From assembly GCA_003159795.1 (NCBI GenBank), contig PLPK01000052.1:1-62482 (forward strand): 62,482 nucleotides of DNA. Direction: 5' to 3'. The notes under the pieces are model-generated. The model did no database searches and was not told the origin of the DNA. It was given only the letters and a program-made list of their open reading frames with translations. The stretch's first letter is position 1. The number at the start of each line of letters is the position of its first letter. Both the position numbers and the translations under genes were made by a program. This stretch comes from Acidimicrobiaceae bacterium. GTDB taxonomy: Bacteria > Actinomycetota > Acidimicrobiia > Acidimicrobiales > Bog-793. Shown here piece by piece: positions 20,703 through 29,122 of this stretch.

Positions 20703-21044
20703 ATGGAGATCGATCCAGCAAGTCCGATCCCGTTGCACGAGCAGGTCGCGGCTGCGATCCGCCGTGCCATCGCGGACGGCGAAGCCCGTCCAGGCGGCCG
20801 GCTTCCGCCGGCTCGGGATCTGGCTGCCGTTCTCGGCGTCAACCCGAACACCGTGTTTCGCTCCCTGCACACCCTTCGTGACGAGGGACTGCTCGAGTTT
20901 CGACGGGGACGAGGCGTCACCGTTACCGGCGCCGCTCCCCAGAACAGCGCAATCGTCACCAAAGCCCGTGAACTGGTGGCGTTGGCGCGGCGGATGGGAT
21001 ATCGGCGCGAGGAACTGGCCAAGCTCATCGAGCAGGTCTCGTGA
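20703..21044 (+). CDS. GntR family regulator (YtrA-like, short C-terminus)
   Basis: LHEQV...RLPPARDLAAVLGVNPNTV...LRDEGLL..RRGRG. Confidence 0.9.
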   Translation: MEIDPASPIPLHEQVAAAIRRAIADGEARPGGRLPPARDLAAVLGVNPNTVFRSLHTLRDEGLLEFRRGRGVTVTGAAPQNSAIVTKARELVALARRMGYRREELAKLIEQVS

Positions 21045-21050
21045 GGAGTC

Positions 21051-22169
21051 GTGGCAATGACGCTCGTCTGTGAACAGCAAGTATTGGTGGTGCTCGAGGC
21101 CGAGGCACTGATCAAGGAGGCACGCCGGAGGCAGCACAGACGCTGGTTTGCCCTCGGCGCGCTGGTGGTCGTGGTCGCGGCCACGGTTGGCGTCGTTGCG
21201 GCCCGCAACGGTGGCGGCCGACCCGCCTTGCGACCGACGGCGCGGGTGTCGCCATCCACAACTGCCGAGCTGTTCGGGAGATCCGTCGCGGTCCCCTCCC
21301 AGTTCATCGCGGCCGGTTGGCCGGTGCAGAACATGCCCGCGGGCCAACTCAGCTGGGGAAGAGAACTCGTGCTGATGGCGACGAAGGATGGCCGGGTGCA
21401 GCGCGTCCTGGCCCGCGGTTTGCTCACCACGGGCGGGAGCGCCGGGAGCACCGTCTACTTCGTGCGGAACTCCCCGAATGGCGTCTCGGACATCGCCAAG
21501 GTCTCCACGGCTGGCGGACCCGTCGGGACCGTCGCCGTCGGTGCGCTGCCGACGCCGAGCCCGAATGGCCGCTTCCTCGCCTATGTCTCACACTCCACGG
21601 ACCTCGAAGTGCGTGATCTCGTCACGGACGCGACGACGTCGATGGCGCTGTCCTCCCTCATGCCCGGTGTTCACGGGCTGATAGTCGTGGGACTGGCCTG
21701 GCTGTCGCCAGGTGACCGGCTCGCCTTGATCGTCCGTTCCGTGTTGAACGCCGAGGCCGGTGCGAGACTCGAGGTCGTCGGTGTCCGCGCGGGTCATCTG
21801 GCCGGAACCGGGACGAGGCGTCTTGGTCCGGGCGAGACCTGGATCTTCCTTGCCCGCAGCTCCCAGCCGAACACGCTGCGCGCCGCGTGGATACCGACCA
21901 GGGGAACGTCGACGGCCATTCACGTCGTGCGGATCAGTCTCTCTGGCGGCCGCGCGACCATTGCCAACATCGCCGCGCTTCCCGGGGTCTGTGGCGCCGG
22001 CGCCTTGGATGACGTCGATCCGAGCGGGCGGTACGTGCTGTGTTCGGTCGGGAGCTCCGGCAGCACATCCTTCGCCCACATCGATCTCGTGCGCTTCGAG
22101 CACGGAAGATACGTCGTTGCCGCCTCCACGGGCGCCGATCGATTCGTGATCACTTCGGCCTCCTGGTGA
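21051..22169 (+). CDS. Membrane-anchored extracellular beta-propeller-like hypothetical protein
   Basis: EALIKEARRRQHRR followed by TM helix; PSPNGRFLAY and LAWLSPGDRLAL blade-like motifs. Confidence 0.55.
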   Translation: MAMTLVCEQQVLVVLEAEALIKEARRRQHRRWFALGALVVVVAATVGVVAARNGGGRPALRPTARVSPSTTAELFGRSVAVPSQFIAAGWPVQNMPAGQLSWGRELVLMATKDGRVQRVLARGLLTTGGSAGSTVYFVRNSPNGVSDIAKVSTAGGPVGTVAVGALPTPSPNGRFLAYVSHSTDLEVRDLVTDATTSMALSSLMPGVHGLIVVGLAWLSPGDRLALIVRSVLNAEAGARLEVVGVRAGHLAGTGTRRLGPGETWIFLARSSQPNTLRAAWIPTRGTSTAIHVVRISLSGGRATIANIAALPGVCGAGALDDVDPSGRYVLCSVGSSGSTSFAHIDLVRFEHGRYVVAASTGADRFVITSASW

Positions 22170-22247
22170 GCGCTCACGGCCTGCGACGGGTCGTGTCGAC
22201 CTGCCGACCGGGCACTGCATGACAGCCCGACTGCTCCCCCCGACACC

Positions 22248-22488
22248 CGGAGGCTCATCCTCGGCCGCCGTCACCTGGAGGCCGTTCTCGCAAGGTACGT
22301 CGAGCACGACAACTCGCACCGTCCCCAAGGGTCGCTCGGACGATGTCCGCCATCTCCAGCGGATTCGACCCCTCAGGGTTTAGGCGACGCCGACCTCAGA
22401 AAGCTGCGAAGAATCGACCGTCCAGGCGGGCTCATCCACGAGCACTCGATGGTGGCCCGAAGCGGGTCGACGGATTCTCGGCACCCAC
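22248..22488 (+). pseudogene. 3' remnant of an rve integrase-core (IS481/IS3-like) transposase with element end
   Basis: Own translation: RRLILGRRHLEAVLARYVEHDNSHRPQGSLG...RPGGLIHEHSMVA, resembling HYNxHRPHxSL...LGGLIHEY; followed by GGATTCTCGGCACCCAC. Confidence 0.7.
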
Positions 22489-22756
22489 GGGTTCACGTCG
22501 GCGGCCCGTCGGTCGCGTACCTGCGACGCTGACGCCATTTCCTGCTCTACGACACATTTGCCCTTTTGGCAGCCCTGCTAGTGTTCGCGCCCAGACGGGT
22601 AGCAGCTGGTACCTGCAGTTCCTGGAGGCGCAGTCAAATGGGGGCCACCGGACAGGTTTCCTGCCGGTTCCTGGGGTCCTGAGCACTGACGGGTCACTGC
22701 TCCGAGCGTGGCCGACGCGACTCCGGAACTGATTGAAACCAACCAAGGGCGCGACG

Positions 22757-25519
22757 ATGAAGGGGACTGGCGGCACCGCATCAGAGCCGAAGGACGAGCC
22801 CCCGGCCGCCGACGCGGGCCAGGTGCCGACGGAGCCGGGTCCGGACCAGCCTCCCGGGAGGTCTCTGTCGGCCGACATCTTCATCTCCTACTCCCGCAAG
22901 GACATCGCCTTCGCGCGCTTGCTCCGCTCCTCTTTGGAATCTTCGGGCCTCAACACCTGGATCGACTGGGAAAGGATCCCGGTTGGCGAGCAGTGGTGGT
23001 CCGAGATCTCCCAGGCGATCGAGCGGTGCAACGTCTTCATGTTCATCATCAGCGCCAGCTCCATCGGCTCTTCGGTCTGCAAGGACGAGATCAACGAGGC
23101 GCTCAAGAACCACAAGCGGGTCATCCCGGTCCTCGTCGACAACGTGACACCCGAAGCCGTGCGCGAGTTCATCCCCGAGCTGCCGGGCTTGAACTGGGTC
23201 GTCTTCGAAAAGGACCACCTCTTCCGGCTCGGCGAAGACGCCGAGGCCGCGCCCGGGCGAGACGAAGACCGCCTGGTGGCATTGCCCAACACGCCCCAGT
23301 TCGAGCAGGCCCTGGCCAAGCTCACCGAGACGGTTCACACCGACTGGGACTGGGTGAAAGCTCATACCCAGTTGCAGGTGGACGCCCTCAGGTGGTCGGC
23401 CCGGGGTCGGGACGCCAGCTACTTGGTCCGCGGCTCGGCCCTCGAGGACGCGGAAGGCTGGCTCGCGCGCGCCGTCGGTAGGGACCCCCAGCCCACCCTG
23501 CTCCAGTCGCAGTTCATCTCTGCTGGCCGTCTCGAAGAGGCCCGTCGCCAGCGCGAGGCAGCCCGGCGACAGCGCCGGCTGCTGCGGGTGATCGCCATTG
23601 CACTCGTGGTCACGGTGGCGCTCGGGTGCGTTGCCATCATCCAGCGTTCCGATGCTCGGCGAGAGGCGCACATCGCCCAGGGGCAGGCTCGCCTCGCCGA
23701 GTCGGGAGACCTGGCAGCCGAGTCGACCAACGTGATGCCCGGCAATGCTGGGCTCGGGGCGTTGCTCAGCCTTGAGTCCTTGCGGCTCTCAGCGAACGCA
23801 ACGGCTAGGGCCGCCGTCTTCAACGCCCTCGGCCAACCCCTCGACACCATTCTTTCCGGGCTTTCCAGTCGCGACATTGTTGGCGACTTCAGGCCCATCG
23901 ATGGCGTCACCTTCAGCCCGGACGGGAAGATCCTGGCCATCGTGCAAGACGACGGCAACGTGGTGCTCTGGGACACGGCCACGCACGCCAGGCTCGGCGA
24001 GCTCGGCGACGGGAACGCCATCGGCGCCGTCGCCTTCAGCCCGGACGGGAAGACCGTGGCCGCCGGGGATAATGACGGCAACGTGGTGCTCTGGGACACG
24101 GCCATGCGCACCAGGCTCGCCCGGTTCAGCGAAGTGAACCCCATCGACAGCCTCGCGTTCAGCCCGGACGGGAAGACCCTGGCCGGCGGGGATGACGAAG
24201 GTCTCGTCGTGCTCTGGGACACGGCCACGGGCACCCGACTTGGCCAGCTCGGCCAGCTCAGCGGCGACGCAATCGTCCAAGTTGCTTTCAGCCCGGACGG
24301 CAAGTCGCTGGTCACCGCGGGTTCGGGCGGTGTGGTGCTCTGGGACACCGCCACGCGCTCCAGGCTCGGCCAGCTTGGCAGCCACATGATGTTCTTTGGG
24401 AGCGTCGCCTTCAGCCCGAATGGGCAAACTCTGGCCACGGCGAATGCGAGCGGTGCGGCGCTCTGGGACCTCGCCACGCGCTCCAAGCTCGGCCAGCTCG
24501 GCCTGACCAACAGCAGTAGCCAGGACCTCAGCGCCGCCTACAGCCCGGACGGGAAGATCCTGGCTATCGGGGATGACGAGGGCAAGGTGGTGCTCCGGGA
24601 CACGGCCACGCGCACCCAGCTCGGCCAGCTCGGCAAGAACATGAACCTGGTTGGCGTCGCCTTCAGCCCCGACGGGAAGACCCTCGCCACCGTAGAGACC
24701 GCGGAGTGGGGGCTGGTTTACGGCAAGGTGGTCCTCTGGGACACCGCCACGCGCACCCAGCTCGGCCAGCTCGGGAGCGGCGACCAAGTCTGCAGCGTCG
24801 CTTTCAGCCCGGACGGGAAGACTCTCGCCACCGCGGATTTTGACGGCAAGGTGGTCCTCTGGGACGCGGCCACGCACACCAAGCTCGGCGAGCTCAGCGG
24901 CGGGCTCCGCCTCGACAGCGTCGCCTTCAGCCCGGACGGGACAACCCTGGCCGCCGGGAATGACGAGGACGACGTGGTCCTCTGGGACACGGCGAAGCGC
25001 GCCAAGCTCGGCGAGCTCAGCGGCGGGAACCCGAATGAGCAGGAGACCTTCACCCCCCAGGGGACCATAGCCTTCAGCCCCGACGGGAAGACCTTGGGCG
25101 CCGTGGACGCCAGCGGCAACGTGGTGCTCTGGGACACTGCCACGCGTACCCAGCTCGGCCAGCTCAGCGACGGGAGCCCCACTGAGAGCGTCGCCTTCAG
25201 CCCCGACGGGAAGACCCTGGCCACCGGGGACGACGCAGGAAACGTGGTGCTCTGGGACACGGCCACGCGTACCCAGCTCGGCCAGCTCAGCGGCGACGTC
25301 CAGATCGACAGCGTCGCCTTCAGCCCGGACGGGAAGGACCTGGCCAGCGCGGATCTGGACGGCACGGTGGCGCTCGTCCCCTCGCTGTACTGGGCGGGGA
25401 ATTTCGTCAGGGTCCAGAAGATCCTCTGCGCCGAGGTAGGCGCCAACCTCACACGAGCGCAGTGGCGTCAATACGTTCCCAATGAGCCTTACCGCGCCAT
25501 CTGCCCGGTCCACCCCTAG
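22757..25519 (+). CDS. TIR domain - helical linker - TM - WD40 repeat protein
   Basis: DIFISYSRKD...WIDWERIPVG...SSVCKDE (putative catalytic Glu), WSARGRDASYLVRG linker, hydrophobic helix, 12 (F/Y)SP(D/N)G repeats. Confidence 0.9.
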   Translation: MKGTGGTASEPKDEPPAADAGQVPTEPGPDQPPGRSLSADIFISYSRKDIAFARLLRSSLESSGLNTWIDWERIPVGEQWWSEISQAIERCNVFMFIISASSIGSSVCKDEINEALKNHKRVIPVLVDNVTPEAVREFIPELPGLNWVVFEKDHLFRLGEDAEAAPGRDEDRLVALPNTPQFEQALAKLTETVHTDWDWVKAHTQLQVDALRWSARGRDASYLVRGSALEDAEGWLARAVGRDPQPTLLQSQFISAGRLEEARRQREAARRQRRLLRVIAIALVVTVALGCVAIIQRSDARREAHIAQGQARLAESGDLAAESTNVMPGNAGLGALLSLESLRLSANATARAAVFNALGQPLDTILSGLSSRDIVGDFRPIDGVTFSPDGKILAIVQDDGNVVLWDTATHARLGELGDGNAIGAVAFSPDGKTVAAGDNDGNVVLWDTAMRTRLARFSEVNPIDSLAFSPDGKTLAGGDDEGLVVLWDTATGTRLGQLGQLSGDAIVQVAFSPDGKSLVTAGSGGVVLWDTATRSRLGQLGSHMMFFGSVAFSPNGQTLATANASGAALWDLATRSKLGQLGLTNSSSQDLSAAYSPDGKILAIGDDEGKVVLRDTATRTQLGQLGKNMNLVGVAFSPDGKTLATVETAEWGLVYGKVVLWDTATRTQLGQLGSGDQVCSVAFSPDGKTLATADFDGKVVLWDAATHTKLGELSGGLRLDSVAFSPDGTTLAAGNDEDDVVLWDTAKRAKLGELSGGNPNEQETFTPQGTIAFSPDGKTLGAVDASGNVVLWDTATRTQLGQLSDGSPTESVAFSPDGKTLATGDDAGNVVLWDTATRTQLGQLSGDVQIDSVAFSPDGKDLASADLDGTVALVPSLYWAGNFVRVQKILCAEVGANLTRAQWRQYVPNEPYRAICPVHP
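23890..25380 (+). repeat. 12 highly similar WD40-coding tandem repeats (~120-140 bp)
   Basis: Recurrent TTCAGCCCGGACGGGAAGACC and GTGGTGCTCTGGGACACGGCCACGC blocks. Confidence 0.9.
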
Positions 25520-25660
25520 CCCAGGGGCATGTGACGAGTTGCGCCGCCCCTCCGAACGTCTGGCCCGCGGGGCGGTCCCGGCGGAGCAACGGGTGCCGAC
25601 CGCGCGCGTCGAGACCTCCGGTCACCAATCCTGAGGCACACGGCTGCGCCCAGGCCCTGA

Positions 25661-28147
25661 CTATCGCTCCCGCACGATCTCGAGCCCGACCTCGGCCAGG
25701 TAGGCCGGGATCTGGCGCACAGTGTCCCGGTCCCAGCCCTTGGCTTCGTCCGACAGCTCCGCCCAGCTGACGATGCAGGGACTGGTCTTCTTGGCGACGT
25801 CCTTCTTCGGGCCCCATACCCAACCGTCCATCAGGCGCTCGACGTTCCACCTCGCGTGCTCGACTTCGGCGAGTGTCTCGGCCTCGTCGTCGGTCAGCTG
25901 CACGAGCCCGGCATCCGGGCCGGCTGCTCGCACCGCGCAGCCGATCTCGCGGAGCTTGTCGTAGATGGCGTCAGCCTGTTTGCGATTTGCTTCCTTCAGG
26001 CTGTCCTCGAGCGCCGCCCACTCGGCCAACGACAGGTCGTCGCTGACCGCGTTCCTCTGCCGCTGGCGGTAGTTCTCGTGGATCGCCCGCGCGATGGTCT
26101 CCCGCATGCCGCCGTCCAGCGTCGAGGTGTCACGCTCGACGAACGCCTTCACCGTCAGCGCCTCGGCGGGCAGGCGCAGCAGCCTGGGCGACCGGCTCCA
26201 GTCGTCATCCTGCAGGAGTTTGGCCGCGGCACGACCGCTTCCGTCGACAATCGCGACCCATGCGCCGAGGGCGAGAGCGATACGGTACTCGGCCGCCGCG
26301 ATGGGACCACCGCCGATGCCGAGCAGCTTGACCTCCGACGCGTTCGTGCCCGTCGCGATGAGATCGATCCAGCTTTGCAACGACTCGAGCGGGGTAAAAC
26401 CCTCACCGGCGGTCGTCCGGATCTCGTCGTAGCGACCCGGATCCCTGTCGACCGCGGCGTCGGCGGGGACGAACAGCGGGACATAGCCGACGGCGCGGAT
26501 CGACCCCGGACACGCGGCGCGCAGGTCACCGACCAATCCGGAGACGCCCTCGATCGTGCCGCCGGAAATGACCGTGCCGGTGAACCCGTCGAAGGCGTCG
26601 ACCAGCAGCGAGCGACAAGCGATCGTCTGATCGCCTGAGACGGTGCCGCCGCCCGCGACGATGACCACAGGACCGCTGATCGGCTCGCACGTCGTCGAGG
26701 CGAGCGTCTTCAGCTTCCTGAGCGCGTCGTCCGAAGGAAACTTCTCGGCTCGAGCGGCCAGCAGCAGCCGTAGCACCCACTCGTGGCCCGGCAGCTTGTC
26801 GGCGACGGGTGCCAGACGGTCGAGCGAATACAACGTCGTGTCGATCATGAAAGGAGCGGTGGTCAGTTGCAGCGCTTTTCCGTAGGCGGCCAGGCTCTCG
26901 TAAGACTCCCCGAGCATCAGATGAAACTCGCCCATGCTGTAGAAGGCCCACGGCAGGTTCACGCCGACGTCGGCCTGGTCACGGCAGCGCTCGATCGCCG
27001 AGCGGATGATCGGCCCGGTGAGCGAGACCACGGACGTGTCGCGTCGGTAAGAGATCTCCGACTCGAGGTAGTTGGTCAGCGCGTAGGGATCCGATGGATC
27101 GACCTCGAACGCCTGGCGGTACAGCTCGCGAGCCCGGTCGTCGTCAACGCCCTTGCACGTGCCGGCGAGCGAGGCCAGCGCGTCCGCATCAGTGGGGGAC
27201 AGCTCGATGGCCGCTTCGAGATAGCCCTGACCCTGGAGGTACTCGGCGCAACGCGGCGTGTCTCGATGCAGCTTGCACGTCGCAACACCGAGGTCGCGCA
27301 GCACCGTCGCGTCCTGCGAGTCGACGTACTCGCTGAGAATGTCCACGGCCTTGTGCCAGTCACCGAGCTCGATCGCAAGCTTGCCGATCCTGGCCGCCAG
27401 GTCGGCGTTCTCGGGATCGACCGTGAGGACGAATTCGAGCACCTCCAGTTCGCGGCGCATCTGATCCTCGGTCATGTAGGCGCCGTAGCTGGAGGCGTAC
27501 TCCCTAAGGCCGCCGTGGATTCGCGAGAACGAGCTGTCGGCCTGCTCGAGAACCGCCGCCACCCGGGCGAATTCACGTTGCCACCTGTCCGGGATCTCGA
27601 ACCCGGCCTTGTAGGCGAGCTCGTGGGCGGTGTCGGCCCAGGCGTGCTCGAGGATGGTGCGCACCTGCACCTCGGCTCGGTGGTTCGGCATCGCGAGGAG
27701 CTCGGGCGGGACGTCCACCTCGATCTCCTCGGTGGGAAAGACGCCCGATTTGAAACTGACGATGTAGTGGACGGAGCGGTAGCCGAACTCGCTCGGCTTG
27801 AGCCGCTGGCGAACGTCGATGCTGTTGTCCCAGTCGATCTCGAAGTGCTCCTCGACGAACTTGGAGATCGCGTCAACCTCTTCGGACGTGTGAACGATGA
27901 CCCTGCCGCCGCAAAGGTCGGTGAACTCATCGACGGGATTCGCACAGCGTTTGCGGAAGATCTTCTCGGCGAAGCTGGCAATCGACTTCGGCCGTGCCTG
28001 GACGATGGCGAGCGGTGCGGTCTTCGTCGCGGCCTTGCCCAAGACCTGCTCGAGTGTCGCGGCGAACACCACGTAGCCCGGACGGCGCTCCCTGAAAGCC
28101 GCGATCTGGCCGCGGGCCCAAGCGAGCTCGGATTCGCCCTCAGTCAT
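25661..28147 (-). CDS. RelA/SpoT synthetase - TPR - SLOG-like - RyR domain protein
   Basis: RPKSIASFAEK, DLCGGRV, GYRSVHY, EVQVRTILEHAWA (SYNTH); TPR helices; IVAGGG/VISGGT.GV/GGGPIAAAE (SLOG); IARAIHENY and EHARWNVER..GWVWG...PCIVSWAELS (RyR); AAGGGAG RBS. Confidence 0.85.
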   Translation of the reverse strand: MTEGESELAWARGQIAAFRERRPGYVVFAATLEQVLGKAATKTAPLAIVQARPKSIASFAEKIFRKRCANPVDEFTDLCGGRVIVHTSEEVDAISKFVEEHFEIDWDNSIDVRQRLKPSEFGYRSVHYIVSFKSGVFPTEEIEVDVPPELLAMPNHRAEVQVRTILEHAWADTAHELAYKAGFEIPDRWQREFARVAAVLEQADSSFSRIHGGLREYASSYGAYMTEDQMRRELEVLEFVLTVDPENADLAARIGKLAIELGDWHKAVDILSEYVDSQDATVLRDLGVATCKLHRDTPRCAEYLQGQGYLEAAIELSPTDADALASLAGTCKGVDDDRARELYRQAFEVDPSDPYALTNYLESEISYRRDTSVVSLTGPIIRSAIERCRDQADVGVNLPWAFYSMGEFHLMLGESYESLAAYGKALQLTTAPFMIDTTLYSLDRLAPVADKLPGHEWVLRLLLAARAEKFPSDDALRKLKTLASTTCEPISGPVVIVAGGGTVSGDQTIACRSLLVDAFDGFTGTVISGGTIEGVSGLVGDLRAACPGSIRAVGYVPLFVPADAAVDRDPGRYDEIRTTAGEGFTPLESLQSWIDLIATGTNASEVKLLGIGGGPIAAAEYRIALALGAWVAIVDGSGRAAAKLLQDDDWSRSPRLLRLPAEALTVKAFVERDTSTLDGGMRETIARAIHENYRQRQRNAVSDDLSLAEWAALEDSLKEANRKQADAIYDKLREIGCAVRAAGPDAGLVQLTDDEAETLAEVEHARWNVERLMDGWVWGPKKDVAKKTSPCIVSWAELSDEAKGWDRDTVRQIPAYLAEVGLEIVRER

Positions 28148-28170
28148 GATTGGAGTCTCCCTTGTGCGGC

Positions 28171-28581
28171 CTATTGGTGAGAGATCAGACCGAAGTACGA
28201 CCTGATCTGCCTCGCCTCCGAAGAGCCGGGAGGACAGTGCTCATACTCGTCCGGCCCTATCCAGGCGAAGGCGCTGTGCTCCGAGCTCAGCGTGACCTCG
28301 CCGTCGACGTAGTCGCACACGAACGTGACGCCGGTGACCCAGAACGGCTCCTTTAGGAAGTGCCAGGTCGCGAACGGACGACCGACCTCGATTGTGAGCC
28401 CGGTCTCCTCCGCGACCTCGCGCTTCAGTGCCGTTTCCAGCTCCTCGCCGTAACGGATCTTTCCGCCGGGTAGCTCCCACAGGCCCAGGTCGAGGCTACT
28501 GTTCCCCGATCGCTGCAACAGCAGGATCTTGCCCTCCCGCCTGACGATCGCCCTAGCAGCCACGCCGAGCGGCTTATCCAC
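28171..28581 (-). CDS. NUDIX hydrolase
   Basis: WELPGGKIRYGEELETALKREVAEETGL Nudix box; GGAAAGGA RBS before GTG 28581. Confidence 0.9.
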   Translation of the reverse strand: MDKPLGVAARAIVRREGKILLLQRSGNSSLDLGLWELPGGKIRYGEELETALKREVAEETGLTIEVGRPFATWHFLKEPFWVTGVTFVCDYVDGEVTLSSEHSAFAWIGPDEYEHCPPGSSEARQIRSYFGLISHQ

Positions 28582-28825
28582 AGCAGTTCCTTTCCACAAC
28601 GCCAGCCAGCCCGAGTGCCATGGCTTTCTGGCAGGCGGTCCGCTCGCGCAAACGAGCGGCTGAGGCCAGGGCGTGCAACTCTTCCACGAGATTGTCTCGA
28701 GCGGCTGAACGCCGACTATAGGTATCGCGGGCGGAGATAGGCAGTGTCGCTGGGCCGGGTCTGCGAAAGGGTCGCGCTTCACCTGTAGGTGGCGCGTATC
28801 CGATCCCTCGAGACTGAGCCGAACC

Positions 28826-29089
28826 TTGGCCACTGTAGGTGAGGCGTATGTCTTGCGTCACGACGATCCACCCGTCCTCGGCGTCATGATCACCGGGATC
28901 GCCATCGCCGGCACGGCGATGGTCCTGCTCGAGATCGTCGGGCTCTTCGTCGGCCCGCACGGCGAGCTCGGTCGTGAGCGGTGGGCCACGTCGAGATCCC
29001 TTGATCTGGCGCCGGGTGGTCCAGAAGGGTGCCGGTTTCGTCGGCCTAGTCCTCATCGGCAAAGCCGGGATTTGGGTGTTCTCACCTGA
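28826..29089 (+). CDS. Possible small membrane hypothetical protein
   Basis: Single hydrophobic helix; weak support. Confidence 0.25.
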   Translation: MATVGEAYVLRHDDPPVLGVMITGIAIAGTAMVLLEIVGLFVGPHGELGRERWATSRSLDLAPGGPEGCRFRRPSPHRQSRDLGVLT

Positions 29090-29122
29090 AATGGACGCAC
29101 GAAGGACTAGATCAGCAATCTT

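Noticed and set aside
23890-25380. Tandem repeats as a CRISPR array or DGR template
   Set aside because: The repeats are in-frame WD40 coding units; no cas genes or reverse transcriptase are present.
28582-28833. N-terminal extension of the NUDIX ORF
   Set aside because: Atypical composition; a good RBS precedes GTG 28581.
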